A stretch of 62,632 bases of DNA, counting the filler, from Dugesia japonica (lineage: Eukaryota), in the NCBI GenBank assembly GCA_001938525.1. It is 6 parts of 6 records of this genome, joined end to end, with 100 filler letters (N's around TTAATTAATTAA, not from the genome) between each part and the next. Parts side by side here need not be neighbours in the genome. Positions count along the whole stretch, not along the records: positions 18,355 to 27,504 come from MQRL01603343.1; positions 27,605 to 38,492 come from MQRL01352575.1; positions 38,593 to 47,157 come from MQRL01626513.1; 3 more parts are not named here. One strand, written 5' to 3'. Position numbers and translations under genes: made by a program. Numbering within the stretch: position 1 is the first letter of the stretch; every line of letters begins with the position of its first letter. Of this stretch, positions 26,415 to 40,500 are shown in pieces. Under the pieces are notes generated by a model. The model made no database searches. It had not been told where the DNA came from and worked only from the letters and a program-made list of their open reading frames with translations.

Positions 26415-26570
26415 TAATAATTATTTTCTTCGGTATCGTTTCAAACAGTATACTAATCAAACAAATTCTTCGGTATCATTTCAACCGGAATACTAATCAA
26501 ACAAATTCTTCGGTATCATTTCAACCGAAATACTAATCAAACAATTTCGTCGGTTTGGTTTCAACCGATA
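26415..26570. repeat. 40-bp tandem repeat (~4 copies) in the gag leader
   Basis: TTCTTCGGTATCATTTCAACCGGAATACTAATCAAACAAA repeated. Confidence 0.85.
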
Positions 26571-26830
26571 AACTCTGAATCACATTTAACTTTATTACTT
26601 AAAGGGAACTGATTATATATTATCAGAACTTTGACAAGAGATTGCGGTAGGAATTCGATCCAAATCTAATACCAAACTTAAGATAATCAAATTAATCAAC
26701 TTTGATAAGAGATCGTAGTAGGATTTTCTCCAATATCTGATATCAAACTGATCAATACACGGTATATTTTAATAAAGGTTTGAAAACCCCCTTGATTTTA
26801 AAATAATTTTAATGATTTTTATTATTTTGA

Positions 26831-26849
26831 TTCCCGGTTCGCGGCACCA
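26831..26849 (-). promoter_or_regulatory. tRNA primer-binding site (His- or Phe-like)
   Basis: TGGTGCCGCGAACCGGGAA four nt after the LTR end ...CCAACA. Confidence 0.85.
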
Positions 26850-26853
26850 AATT

Positions 26854-27504
26854 TGTTGGATATTTAACTCAACAAAAGTTTATGGTTCGTATTAAAATGG
26901 TTGTAAGATTGTGTATAATTTATCTTTTTAATTATTGTTATGCAATGTATGTAGCTACAAATATTATATAGACGATATTTTTACCAAAAATATAAATAGA
27001 ATTATATATTGTATAATTCCTTGTATAAATTAAATAAGTAATCACATTTAAAATATTTATTAGGGATATATACTTCAACTTATAAGCGATAGTTTATTTA
27101 AAGAAGGAAAGCCACTTAAAGAAAGAGGTTTCCTTAATTAAAAAATGTCTGAAAAATAAACTGACATACGTCAGTATTTATAGTAAAATTTACACTAGGC
27201 CTCATGCATTGACCTAGTGATTGTTATTCAAAATTTTTATTTATAAACATAAAATTTTCCATAAAAAATCAAAATTTTTACTTACAGATAATAATAAAAT
27301 TTTCCATTCAAATAATAATAAAGTCTAATTTACAGATAATAATCAAATAATAATAAACTCCAATTTACAGATAGTAATAAAGTTCAACATAAAATTTTCA
27401 AGTTCAACATATTTGTAAAATAATAAAATAAAATATAATGCCAGCATTGAAATAAAATATAATGTCAGAAAATTTTCAAGTTCAGCATAATAATAAAATA
27501 AAAT
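26854..27504 (-). repeat. 5' LTR (3' part only; cut by contig end)
   Basis: Ends ...TCCAACA just upstream of the PBS; internal short tandem repeats at 27280-27500. Confidence 0.75.
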
Positions 27505-27604
27505 NNNNNNNNNNNNNNNNNNNNNNNNNNNNNNNNNNNNNNNNNNNNTTAATTAATTAANNNNNNNNNNNNNNNNNNNNNNNNNNNNNNNNNNNNNNNN
27601 NNNN
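27505..27604. other. Artificial contig linker
   Basis: N44-TTAATTAATTAA-N44. Confidence 0.97.
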
Positions 27605-27629
27605 CTTTTATATTAAATAAATTCTATAA

Positions 27630-29640
27630 AACGATCAATGGTTAAGTCCAACAATTATTCTCGTAATAATTGCAATTGCAAAAATAATAATGATAATTTA
27701 TTTATTTCATAAATTATTTTTATGATACAAATTTAAATATTTAACAAATCTGATTTCAATAAATTCCGCCTCAAAATACTAAAAATTCAAATCTGCTTTT
27801 AAAAACAATTTTACAATTATGATGTGTTAGTTGGGTTTTGAAAACTCATCGAATCATTAACATCAAAATTCAAATTCATTACAACTATTTATTAATATAA
27901 AAAACTATAACCAACAATCTTTGTTAATCAAACAAATTATAATCCCGTGTTTTAATTGGTAATCTTTTCTCCAAAATTAAAAATTGAAATTTTTAAATTA
28001 TTAAACGTAGTTTAATTCACTTAAAAATATTTTATTTGTTTACTTAATTTTCATTTATAATTTAAATTTCTCTTTTAAACAAAAGATTTTAAAAATAAGA
28101 TCACCAATCACACAAAAATTTGAACTTGCTTTTCAAAACTGCTCACAATATGAAATTGATTTGTATTTTAACATTTTTTAGTAATTTTGAATTTTGAAGT
28201 GATAAAATATTTAAAAATAATTTTCGCTTTTTTNNNNNNNNNNNNNNNNNNNNNNNNNNNNNNNNNNNNNNNNNNNNNNNNNNNNNNNNNNNNNNNNNNN
28301 NNNNNNNNNNNNNNNNNNNNNNNNNNNNNNNNNNNNNNNNNNNNNNNNNNNNNNNNNNNNNNNNNNNNNNNNNNNNNNNNNNNNNNNNNNNNNNNNNNNN
28401 NNNNNNAATTAAAAATATTATTAAATGGTAAAATAGATCACTAATTACTCAAATGTTTTATGATTTATTAAATTTTTTTATTAGTAATATATGATTTCAA
28501 AACTAATGAACTGTTAAATGTTTACTAAATTTTAAGTTTTTTATTTATTTTGAAATCTTTTCATATTAAAATTTATGTTAAATGCTTTTATTAATTATTA
28601 AGTTATAATTAATTTATAACAAAATATTTCTAAATGCAAAATTTTAGAAAAAAAGATAAATAAATAAAAATAAATAAAGATAAAAAAAATAAAACCCAAA
28701 GTATATTTATATTTTTTATTAAAAAATATTTTTTAGTAATAAACACCCGGAATAATAAGTTGTTATCTTATTATAATAGCACTTCAAACTGATATTTTGA
28801 TCTTCTTTAACTGANNNNNNNNNNNNNNNNNNNNNNTTTTTTAGAAGAAAATAATTTAAAGTTTACCTGAATATTTGGAAAAGAGTAAATTTTTATTTAA
28901 ACTTTATTTTTAAATGCAAAGATTAAAATAATGTTCTTCTACTTTCATAGCTTGTTCAATATTACGGCTATTCCTTCAGGAATTATTGTTCAACTCATTC
29001 TGGTTATAAATGTTTTTAATAAAAATTCAATTTATATTAATCTTGTTGAAATTAATTTTCATTGGTTACTAATCATAACATTAAAATTTAAATTTATTGA
29101 ACGAATTCTCGGTTAATTGGTTCAAACCATATTTTGATCTTTGAATTTAAAAATAAATTTGAAATGAAAATTTGTTTTTTTCAAAATATTTATTTATTCT
29201 AAATTATTAAGTCTTTAAAGAGCAGAAATTTACATTTAGAATTTCGCTGACAGATTTCAAATCTTTGTCATCTTCATATACTTTAATTATTCGTTTCTTT
29301 TTTTAATAAATATCAAGTAAAAATTTAAAATATACTTCGAATAGCTATTTTGCAGTTTGTTGAATAGGAACCCACACATGAAATCTTTTCGAAATTCATT
29401 TTAATTTTTTTAAATAACACTTATTAAGCTTTCAAAATGAGTGCTTGCTGTATGTGAATTATTTTTACTAACCTATTTCTGTAATATATAAACTTTTAGT
29501 AAGTTTTCAATGTATATCAATTGATTTTAGTTATATTATATGTATCCAATCAGATTTCCAAATAATTATCAGGTTGGTATTTTAATAGAATTTCAAACTT
29601 ACTAAACTTTTTAAGTGTATATTTATTAGTTTAATATTTT
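27630..29640 (-). mobile_element. Highly decayed Penelope-like element relics
   Basis: 27900-28130 is the inverted homologue of 46075-46325, which lies next to a hammerhead; shares a ~60-bp motif with 9176 and 41768; faint RT-thumb/GIY-YIG traces. Confidence 0.4.
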
Positions 29641-30762
29641 CTTTGTTATAAATCGTTCTCAGAAAACGAATTTTTTTGGATGTATTAATTTATTTATTTG
29701 ATGTCTGACAAAATAAATGTATACCATTAGTCATATTTTACACGTCTTTACATATGTAACTACACAATTAGCTAAGGGATCACGTTGACAGACGTTTGGT
29801 CAAAATTGAGAATTAACTATTCGTAAATTAGTGTTTTAGTTGTTATTTTAGTATATTTTTTGTTTTTAATAATTTCTAAAAATATTTGGGTTTCGGTAGA
29901 CTAAAGTTAATATTACAAGTGATGTGAGGCTCACTGAGAACACCTATTAGAACCCACAAGAACTAAACTAGGTATCCTATGCAGGTCTTTAGTCACTTAA
30001 GCAGTGACTAGCTTCTCTGGATTGTATTTAAGTGATACGATGTTTAGCGTAAATGAAAAATCACAAAGCTAGTCATCATATCTTAATTCAGTAAAGTTCA
30101 TAATATTCTTCAGTTCCAAAAAAGAATGATATCTTTTAAATCCCATACTCGCCAAAGTACTTTAACTTGAAAAAAATATTTTTTTGAAATATGAATACAG
30201 TTCGCGGGTCTCACAAAAATACGCGGCGAGCCACAGTTGGCCTACACCATACAAAAAATATTTTTCTTGGATGTTTTTTATTGATTATTTTAAATTACTA
30301 TTTAAGAAGCAACCAATTGAAATACTTGACGCCAAAATGCAAAAAAAAAGACTTCAATTTTAAAATATGGAGGTACTAAAAGTAGATAGATAGTGGCGCA
30401 CTGGATAAGACCTCCTTTGATTTAGAAGATTTAGAATTAAAGCCAGTAGCAATGGAAAGGAAGTTTAACAGTAGGTCAACATGTATTCACGCAATTTTTC
30501 CAAAAATGTTTTCTTCCCTATGAAAATCGAGTTTAAAAGTTTTTATTTATAATTTTAATATTTAATTTTTTTGGTTAAAATTTATCCTATAGTTATAAAT
30601 TTGGTACCATTAGACTAAGAATTAAAAACTAACTATATGTTATACAAGGTTTGTTATATAAATATACTTAATTTCCCTGTGAGTAATTCAAAACATATTT
30701 ATTTACTAAAATTATAAGTTTAAAGTTACTCAAAATATAATAAATGATTATTTTATTAATTT

Positions 30763-32340
30763 TGTTGGCCTGAAACAGTCAGGCAAATTGGTATATTATA
30801 ACATGAAAATTATTAAAGAATGTAGTACTCGAGTAAAATGGCAGAAATAATTAATAATAGAGCAGAATTGATAATATAGTAGAAATTAATAATAAAATAA
30901 AACGAAGAAAATTAAAGATAAAATAACAAATAAAATGTAAATCTAACGATCATGCTCAAGAAAATATAAAATAGTAAAGATAAAAGAGCCAAATTAGTAG
31001 GATTTAATTTGAAATTTTAATTAAATTATTAAGTGTATTAAAACAAAAAAATAATTAGAAAAAAGAAATAACTAATAATAAAATACTGCTTGAGAACATA
31101 AAAGAAATGATGAAGAAACTATATTACTAAACATAAAAGCGAAAAAATAAAGTAGATTAAATAATAATACTCAAGAAAAAAGAGCCAAATCGAAATATAA
31201 AAGAAATTAATAAAAATGAAAACAATAATTCTTAGCCAATATAATATAAAATGAGAAATAACAACGAAAAGGAAAGAAATCAATTATCATCAGAAAACGA
31301 GAATTAAAACAAAAATGTTAAAACGGAAAAGCTAGATCGGAAGAAGTAATCCGATATATTATTATTTATATTTTGATGAATATTAATATTAGTAGATATA
31401 TGATAAAGGAATATTATAATATAAGTAAATTATTTAGATTAAAACAAAAATAATTATTTAATATTTATAAAAGTAAAATTACTATTATAAAAAAAATAAA
31501 ACTATTATTATTAAAAGTGTATTGATGATAAATTAATATAATTGGTAGAGGAAAATTATTATCATAATTATTTTTACTGTAAAATTATATTATTAATGTA
31601 TTAATAAATTAAATGTCTAATAATATAATTATTATAATTTTAGATAAATATTATTAAATTAATATTATTAAATAAATATTATTATTTATAATGGAAACAT
31701 AATTTATAAATTATTTTTAAATTTTATAAATTAAATTATTAATTTATATATTATTAAATAAATATTATTTATAAAGGAAACATAATTTAGAAAATAAAAT
31801 TATATTGAATGAAAGATTATATATTATTTTACATTTTGTATTAAAATTAAAATATTTTAAAGGAAAATGTAATATTCAGTATTTATATGCCAATACAGAC
31901 TTTTAAAATAATAATTTTTGAACGATAAGTATTGTTAATTTTTAAAATTGTTCGCGCCGGTCCAATGATTTCTATTTTTTGGTGACATCGTTGCAAGTTG
32001 CGACACCATTTTTTTAGAAACAAAAATTACATTGTGTATCGGCTGAGCACTGTACACGTTGATAGAAGAATTTAGTGAATTGTTATCGGATGAGCACCTG
32101 TACCATAGAGAGAATGTATCGAGTGAACACTGATTGATATAAGAAAACTTAAAAAATAATAGTGTATGATGTTTCCGGTGATTGTGCACCGTTGGGTAAC
32201 AATAGAATAAAGTATTGTATACGATTAGTGGTGAGTACTGCCAGTCCAATAAGAAAATTGCAAATCTAAAATTTTGAAGTGGTGGCCCACTGGTAATCTG
32301 TCAAAGTTTACGATGAAAATTCCGATAAAAGTAATCTTAA
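30763..32340 (+). mobile_element. Partial copy of the giant LTR family (end equivalent to 14875)
   Basis: TGTTGGCCTGAAACAG matches the reverse complement of 14858-14875; the TGAGCAC array at 32040-32240 mirrors 13150-13410. Confidence 0.72.
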
Positions 32341-32459
32341 CTTTGTTAGAAAATAATCACAAAAGATTGAAAGTTTTCTGCGCTGATTGAATAAGAAAAA
32401 GTATTACTTATGCGCTTTTACGTTTGTGTCTGCTCATTAAGTCAAGGACTACAATCTGA

Positions 32460-32690
32460 TATTTGGCCAGGCTATGTGAGTCTGACGTATGGTGTTTCAT
32501 GTTCGGGGCTGGCGGCTATCTCCAAGATAGCAAGTCAGCAGTACTAGATTCTCCTGGATACAAGACCGTAGCGGTATGGTAGCCCTAGAGGACAATAGTC
32601 ATAATGGGGGTGTTTTAGTGTATTCAAGTCCCACAACTTGAAAAGGTATCCGAAGGGATTTCTCTTCCAGAATGGTGAAAACAAAAAAAA
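32460..32690 (+). mobile_element. 3' tail of a non-LTR retrotransposon or SINE (R1/RTE-like)
   Basis: GC-richer island with GTTTTAGTG...AGTCCCACA motif and an A-rich end. Confidence 0.4.
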
Positions 32691-32913
32691 TGTTATTGGA
32701 AAAGAAACTTATTTTAGGATTGCGTACACGATCATTTGAATCTCGCCTTTTGAGTTTAGTAGGTTCAATACTTTCGTGAAGTGTTTGAAAAAAGTTTTTG
32801 TGACAATATCTTCATTTCGCGGAATTCTAGCTAAGTTATTGACATATTTTATTTTGTTTATTTTAAAAAAAATATTACGTGCTTTATTTTATATTTTCAT
32901 GATTATAAATATA

Positions 32914-34261
32914 TAGGATTAAATTGAAAGTCTTGTCCGATAGAAAATAATATTTATTTAACCAATAAAGACAAAATGTAACTTGAGAAATATAAACAAA
33001 ACATCATTCGTGCGTGGATCTGAAATGTTAAAAATAGTCACTTTTAAGGTACACACACTTGCCAGTATTCTGGAATTTTTTTTATGCCATTAGCATAGAA
33101 TTCTGCAGGGTTTGAAGCGAACCAGGTTTCCAAATCACCGTTAACTTCTTCAGCAGAGTGATACGTTTTCCCACGAAGTGAGTTTTTCATAGGAGAAAAC
33201 TGGTAATAGTCGGATGGAGAAAGGTCTGGGGAGTATGGTGGATGTGGCAATACCGTAAAACCGATCTCAGCAAGCTTACTTCAAGTTAATCGTGGTCGAG
33301 CGTTGTCCTGGAGAAAATTGAAATTTTCAAAACGGTTTCCACGCAGTCGGTGTCTTTGTTGTCGAATCGCATCTACGACTTTGACCAACTGAGTGCAGTA
33401 AATTTATGCGTTTATGTTTTTTCCTTGAGGAAGTACATCACACAGAATAATTCCTTTCACATCTCAAAAAATGGTTGCAAGGTGCTTTTGTGCTGTCAAA
33501 CATCGATGAATTGATGTTGTTGGTTGATCAACGATCGTGATAAGATAGATTGGCATTGCCCCAATATACCCACACCTCATCCACCGTTATGAGTTGGAAT
33601 AAAAAGTCGTTCCGTTGGTGCATAGTCAATTATTCGCCACAAATTCTTTCCCTGTTGGCTTTATTTTCATTTGACAAAAAATGTGGCAACCATTGCCAAG
33701 TATTGCTTTCCCATTTTATGCAAGTGTCGGAGTATTGTTGTATGAGACAACGACAGCTCTTCTGCCATATTACGAGATGAAGCATATTTGATGTAAGTCA
33801 GAACCTCTTTGATTCGATCTTCTACATCATCTTTAAGCAATGGTCGCCCGCTTCTCTCTTCATCATCAACGACGAAATCACTAAAAATGAATTTTGCAAT
33901 TTTTCGCTGACAGTTTCTCGCTGACACAGTACATGTGCCAAGCATGGAGTTAATGTTCTTCTCAATTACAGGCGCATTCATTCCATCTTTCCACAAAAAA
34001 TACGTCAGCTTTTTTAAGTCGCTTCTGTTAAACTCCATCATATGTNNNNNNNNNNNNNNNNNNNNNNNNNNNNNNNNNNNNNNNNNNNNNNNNNNNNNNN
34101 NNNNNNNNNNNNNNNNNNNNNNNNNNNNNNNNNNNNNNNNNNNNNNNNNNNNNNNNNNNNNNNNNNNNNNNNNNNNNNNNNNNNNNNNNNNNNNTACATG
34201 TTGTCTTTATTGGTTAAATAAATATTATTTTCTATCGGACAAGACTTTCGTTCCAATCCTA
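32914..34261 (-). mobile_element. Mariner (DD34D) transposon, full length, decayed transposase
   Basis: ~65-bp TIRs (TAGGAT...GAAAGTCTTGTCCGATAGAAAATAATATTTATTTAACCAATAAAGACAA), TA flanks; ERSGRP, ITVDEVWV, QDNARP, HPPYSPDLSPSDY. Confidence 0.95.
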
Positions 34262-34689
34262 TATATATAATTCACTATTCATAATTGCTGTTTTTTTAAT
34301 GAGACAAAATAACAGTTCCATACAATCTTGATTGAGAAATGATAATTTATTTTCATTATTGAATTAGACATATTTAGCATATTTTTAAAATTGATTACTG
34401 TTTGAAATTCAGAAATTTTGAAATTATCATTTATTATTTTATAAACAATGAGTCATTGATTGTTTATTGTTATTGATAATGACTATTATAAGAGACGTGC
34501 TATTCACGGAAATGAGTTTTTTTACTTCAATTTATTATTCGAAAATGACTTATTTATCAAAAATTTCGATGAACAAAAGAAAACTTACCATAGTTCAAAT
34601 ACGTAAAATGTTATTTTTTGTATTAATAATAAATAATTAATTTTTATTTATGCACAATAATTAATTTTGTTCAAACATTTTATTCTAGA

Positions 34690-35195
34690 TTCTAATCTAA
34701 GAATATGTGAAAGATTTAAAAGTGGCGTTTGCAAACTCAAGAAAAAGAAGCTACAAGAGTATGAGGCAAAGAAGCTAACAATGATTATTGCTTACATGCA
34801 TTTGCCAACTAGTACTACTCAAGTGGAAGCAATGTACCACGTTGTATGGTATTTTTTTTGTACAGAATTTTTTTCAGACACCTATTGAGAAACATCAAGT
34901 TCAAGATATCGCAAATTTAGATAGTGATGTCACATATATGTTTACTGTAAGCCAGTCCTAATATTTTACTTAGTAATTGTGCAGATTGGTACAGGTCACT
35001 TTTGGATATTTTAAGTGAAATAAGGGAAAATTTGGATGCACTTGAGCAAACAGCAAAAATTACGTTATCAAATATTGAATATAGAAAGGCAAGAAGAATA
35101 ATAAGAAGTAAAAGACAAGGAAATTACGAAAATTCATCTCACTCTGATGCCTTAGACGAACTATCTTTAAGAGATAAATTTAAGATTAAATCATT
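34690..35195 (+). pseudogene. hAT transposase fragment, interrupted by the LTR insertion
   Basis: ILSEIRENLD...RRIIRSKRQ...LSLRDKFKIKSF resembles the hAT insertion/C-terminal region. Confidence 0.5.
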
Positions 35196-38100
35196 TGTTG
35201 GGTTACTAGGCTTTTGATGTTAGCTATATTCTCTCCTGCATATCTTAATTTGTTAATGCTATGTTGTTTTAAAAGATTGTCTGGGGGATGATGCCTAGTA
35301 ACCACAGAAATTTGTGATGCCTTCTCCTACCTTACGATTCCCCATTCCCGAGTTCAGCGAGACTACGCGGTATCTCATCTTGACAAAAAGTTCTGATTGA
35401 AACTGGCTCTTATTTTTGTTCTAAATCGAAATGAAAGAAAACAACTCTGAACTCAATATGTATTTATTCAATCACTGTTCATGGTGAACCGAAAATGGTT
35501 TCTTCTGTGATTGTTTCTCCTTGGTCTTTGACGATCTGGGTAGGATATTCTCTCCAGAGAATTCGGACATTTTCTAGTAATTCGAATTATTGATCGGTGC
35601 AACCTTTAATAATTTCAGTCATCATCCAATTATTAGCTATGAGTGTGAGTTTCCTTCTTTTACTCACACTCAATCTTTCTTTCAATGTGGACAACTTCTT
35701 CTTAGTCTCACTTGCCATCTCTCGCAATTCACGATTCTCTTTCATTAATCTCTTGATCTCTGTCCGAGTATTCTGGTGTTCGATCAACAACTCTTCTCTT
35801 GTAGGTTTTGTGATCCTGGTTGACATATCTAAATAATTCATGAAATTTTTATGTTAATTTAATTTGCAAATATGTGCTATAACTATAATAATTTAGTGTC
35901 GAGTGGCTGCTTCGATAAAAACTACTTTATTTAGTGGATTCTTTAATTTCATCATATTTCGGTTTACTTCAACTTGTTTGTTTTAAACATTTTATTTGCA
36001 TCGTTTAATTAATTCTTTTATTTGAAATAATTTATAATTTATGTAATTCCACATTAATTGCTAACAACGACATTTTCAAAATATATTAATTCATTTACAG
36101 GATCACACTTCCGATTCTACTACCTCTTCTGTCTCCAGCATCTCTAAATAGGCTATAAGCACAGGTATGGTACGTTCGATTTGTTGACAGATTCGTCTAC
36201 CGACCTGATTATGGGTGAGGAGATTGTTCTTAAGCACCGTCTGACGATCCGTGATAGTTGGAGCTCGTCTTAAATGATCCTAGGCACGAGACAACAAATC
36301 TGCTAGTGCGGAGTTCTGTTGTTGTCGGTCATTCTCCTGATACTTGAGCTGCTCTTGTAACTGTTTAACATGAGCTCGCAGCATCAGTATTTCCTCCTTT
36401 TGTTCCTGGATTTCGATGTTTTGTGTTTTTATTTTATCTTCCGATACCCACCAGGGGTCTTGATCTGTTCCTGATTAACCCCATGAATCATAAATAATCG
36501 GCATATCATTGCATTTTCCGGAAGTAAACCACCATTCATTCAGCGATTTCTTGGCCTCTGATAGATTTATCCTTCTTAACATCTAAACAATTCATCATTA
36601 AATAATAATTAGTTGCATTTTTTCACGAGTGAAATCGTTAATTCCTTTACTCTAAAATCTATCTATCCTATAATTATTGTTAATTCAGCGAAACAGGAGT
36701 TAGAATTCCTCGGTGAGAACTTAGTACCTTATTGTTCTCAGGGAATTCTACTTCCTCCTTCGCTTTGCGTCTATTATTATTAGGCTACATTTTAAGAACC
36801 GGCATTCAGTTTAAATCATTAGTTAAAGTCTCGGTCAAAGTCAATTATCATATCGTTAACCAAATAGTACATTATAAGATAAGTTCCTTATCAAAATTAA
36901 ACAGAAAACATTTAATTTAAACATTTCATATAACCAAACTAAGTATTCAAAATATCANTAACCTAATCATAAATAATAATTAAAATCATAATTTAAATAT
37001 TTTATCTAACCGAAATTACATAAATAATTATTACAAATATATATAAGTTAGCAATAGTGAAATAATAACTGAAATAATAATAAAAAGTATCCAGAAATAT
37101 TAACCGGATTTATTGAAAATACAATTAATAATATTCCTAAAATTATATTCTATTTACTGAAATAATCATGCAAGATAATTCTTCATAGTTCATAACCTAT
37201 AATTTATTGTTACATTGTCAGTTCATTAAAACAAAAATATCTTATATATTAGGAATTGTACCTAAAACCTTGTATCCAAAAAAATTCCTTTTCGATAGGA
37301 AACACTTCGCCGTTTATCACAATCTATCTTGATGTTAATTGTCTTTTATTGTTTCAATATATAATTACTGTGATAAATTCATATTTTTATTATTTCATTG
37401 AATTTCGAGTCAGGAAAAGTTCAAACACTATGTACGATTAGTTATAAAAATTTCAGGTTTCAGAATATTATCATTTTATGATTAATATATAATATACTTC
37501 CTAACTAAAATTATCAACAACTCCGAGAAATAATAAAATCTTAAGGCATCTATATTACCAAATCATTACCAAAACCTAAAATTATAATTAATAATTAAAT
37601 AAAACATTTATAACTAAAATATATTATACTAAAGGCCATTATAAAATAAAAATCATAAAATTAAAATAAGAATTATACAATAAAATCATAAAATTAAAAT
37701 AATAAAATATAAATTACGCCTCTCNNNNNNNNNNNNAACCATCACCAGTAAATATTCACTTCAATTTCTGCACATTTCATTCTCAGCATTTAAATATTCA
37801 TTTACATTTCTTCGTATTTTTATTATCAGTATTTAAATATTCATTTATATTTCTTCTCGGTTTCATTATCATCATTCAAATATTCATTTAATTATCAGCA
37901 TTTAAATATTCATTTCTTCGCATTTTCATTATAAGCATTTAAACATTCATTTCTTCATCAGCATTTAATTATTCATTTCTTTATCAGTATTTAAACATTC
38001 ATTTCTTTATCAGCATTTAAACATTCATTTCTTCGCAGACTGGTATGGGTGGAGACCTCGGATCAGCAGCTTAACATGTTTTCTAATTACTTTTTAAATG

Positions 38101-38492
38101 AATTCTTTTCTGGATTGCTTGCTATCTGACGTAATTTCTAATCAATCGAGCTTGAATTGTTAGATATTAGTTCTAAATTTTTGTTGTTGTGTGTGTGATG
38201 ATTATTCTGATGATGATTGATTTTTGCTAGTTTTCACTTCTGATTATATAGTATTTCAGGACTAGGTGGGCCTCGTTGCTCACTGTGAGCACCCACCAAA
38301 AATCATTGAACTGCAAATCAAATGATTATTAGATTTTATTCTGTTTGTGCCTCCTCCAGAACGAAATGTAGTCTAATTCAAATTTGAATTGACTTATTTG
38401 TTTTTCTATTTTATCATTTTAAATGTCACCCTGGTGACCTTTGCAAATATAAATAAAATATTAACATTATAAATAATAATATAACCTATACT
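35196..38492 (-). mobile_element. Second copy of the giant LTR family (cut by contig end)
   Basis: TGTTGGGTTACTAGGCTTTTGA matches 10721; shared GTCTGGGGGATGAT.CCTAG.AACCACAGAAATTTG block; homologous minus-strand peptides (GTD.DPWW, MT.IIK). Confidence 0.8.
37750..38035. repeat. Minisatellite inside the LTR copy
   Basis: Repeated CAGCATTTAAA(T/C)ATTCATTTCTT. Confidence 0.8.
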
Positions 38493-38592
38493 NNNNNNNN
38501 NNNNNNNNNNNNNNNNNNNNNNNNNNNNNNNNNNNNTTAATTAATTAANNNNNNNNNNNNNNNNNNNNNNNNNNNNNNNNNNNNNNNNNNNN
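38493..38592. other. Artificial contig linker
   Basis: N44-TTAATTAATTAA-N44. Confidence 0.97.
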
Positions 38593-38920
38593 GAAAAACA
38601 TCATATAACATGAAGAACATTAGAAATAGGCTACATTTCTACAGTTCATGGGAAAAATCATGAAGAAATATTGATCAAAGAGGATAAACCTAAAATCAAT
38701 GCAATTTACAATAATTAAAATAAACTTAAATAAATTTAATATAAATTAATTAAAAATTGTCCAATAAAATGCAAACAATTTTGAAAAATTTTCTAATATT
38801 GGTTAAATCAATCAAAAAGTTAAATCTTGAAGAAGACAAAGTCTAAAATTTGAAATATTAACAACTAAAAAAATTGTAAAATATATTTAAAAAAAACAAC
38901 ATTTTGATCGAAGAGAATTA
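38593..38920 (+). mobile_element. Penelope-like element 3' end (GIY-YIG C-terminus plus degenerate hammerhead)
   Basis: EEILIKEDKPKIN then stop; TTGAAGAAGACAAAGTCTAAAATTT; ATTTTGATCGAAG tail. Confidence 0.6.
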
Positions 38921-40059
38921 AATACTTCCAATAATTAATTAATTTGATGTAATTAAATAAATAATTCTGGTTAATTTCCACAATCAACTTTAAAATTAAT
39001 TAAAATTACATTTAAACTTTTTAATTATTTCTATGGGCGATTATTGGTAAGTTGAAAGTAATCAATGTTTAAAAAAATTTTTAATATAGATTTTATTAGA
39101 GAAAATTAAAATTATTTATAACCGTATTCCAACTATATCTAGGTTTAGAATTTCTTTTCTGAAATAAGTTTGTTTTTTGGACATCATTTCCGAACGGAAG
39201 AATTTATTTATTATCCAGTGTTGTAAAAAATGTTTGAATTAGTTTTTATAAAGTTTATAATAAAACCAAGCAATAAATACACATATTGTAAATTACAATT
39301 AAATTCATTCTGACCATTAAAAAATAATGAAAATATTCCAACATTTTATAATAATACTCTTTTATTAACGCTCATTCTGAGTTGCAAATTTATAGCACTA
39401 CGTGAATTTTGGTAGATTTTAACCTCTTTAAAAAATATGCATTTTGTTAACAAAATATTTTATCAAGATGTTTTATAAAATTATTCATTTTAAATTAAGA
39501 AAAAATTTACATAACTTTTTGATTATGCTTGTTAAAACATTCTGCTCATATTCCAACAAGATGTTTTCTGTGTATTAGTTTCTTACACAAATGACGGCTA
39601 CATGGAGTCTTTCTTTTTCTTTCTTTGAACCTCCTGAACAGTTTTTGTAACTGTATCAACTGGTTCTTTATATCAGAGATTATCAACATTTTATCGATCA
39701 TTGCTCCCTTTGAGTATCCATAATATCCCTGTGGCCATGGATTGATATAGGATGTTATATGTACTTTGAATGCGCTATGTTTGATATATACAATGTATTT
39801 ATTTATAATATAAATAATGATTAAAATCATAGAATGATTATTTAAGGTTTTTAAAATTTTTGGTTTCTGTTTAATGCTGATGCTTTATTTTTTATGCAAT
39901 TTTCAATTTTAACAATTGAAGCTTTCGTGGCCCCAGATTTTAAAAATATTTTCTGTGGCCCCTTGGGAATGACTGCTTTATGTTTCAGATATTTCATTAG
40001 TCAAGTCAAGAATGAATTAACATCTAACTCTCTTTCTCTGCGTCTGAAAGTAATAAGTA

Positions 40060-40500
40060 TAAATATTTGTAAATAAAAGACGATTATTATTAGGAGTGGT
40101 ATACAGTCCTGTGTCTGTTAGTTTTTTATAAAATGATGTATTATAGTTGCGACCTGCCTACAAACTAGAACATTTTAGAATTGTAGTTTACCTTCTTTTT
40201 CAACTTCTATAGTGAATTTCTTATTTGGATGAAGACTGTTCATATATTCAAGGAAAAGTAGTATAACATCTTGGTCTTTAAAAATAATGGAGATCATCTA
40301 CGTATCTTTTGTATTATATTCTAAGTGTTAGCAAGCATATGCAATTTAGTAGGAAAAGTTCGATTTTAGATCATCCCTGTTTCGGCAAATATAGAAAAGG
40401 CAGAAAAAGCATTGATGAGTTTACAGTTTTGAACAGCATTTTGGTAACTATTTTGAAAGAATTGTGTGTGAGGCTTTGAGAATTGGGTTGCATAATCCGA
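40060..40500 (-). pseudogene. Penelope-like reverse transcriptase fragment
   Basis: KRYVDDL (about 40293-40304), MNSLHPNKKFTIEVEKEGKLQF*NVLV, FYKKLTDTGLY. Confidence 0.85.

Larger units (their letters stand above)
21820..27504 (-). mobile_element. Pol-less derivative of a giant Gypsy-like retroelement (LTR-PBS-gag-Ubl-AT-hook-Bcl-2-env stub-RING)
   Basis: LTR end CCAACA plus PBS, gag motifs, and the same domain order as the element at 48-56 kb. Confidence 0.8.

Noticed and set aside
26415-26570. Possible CRISPR-like array
   Set aside because: Contiguous 40-bp tandem repeats with no unique spacers and no cas genes, in eukaryotic context.
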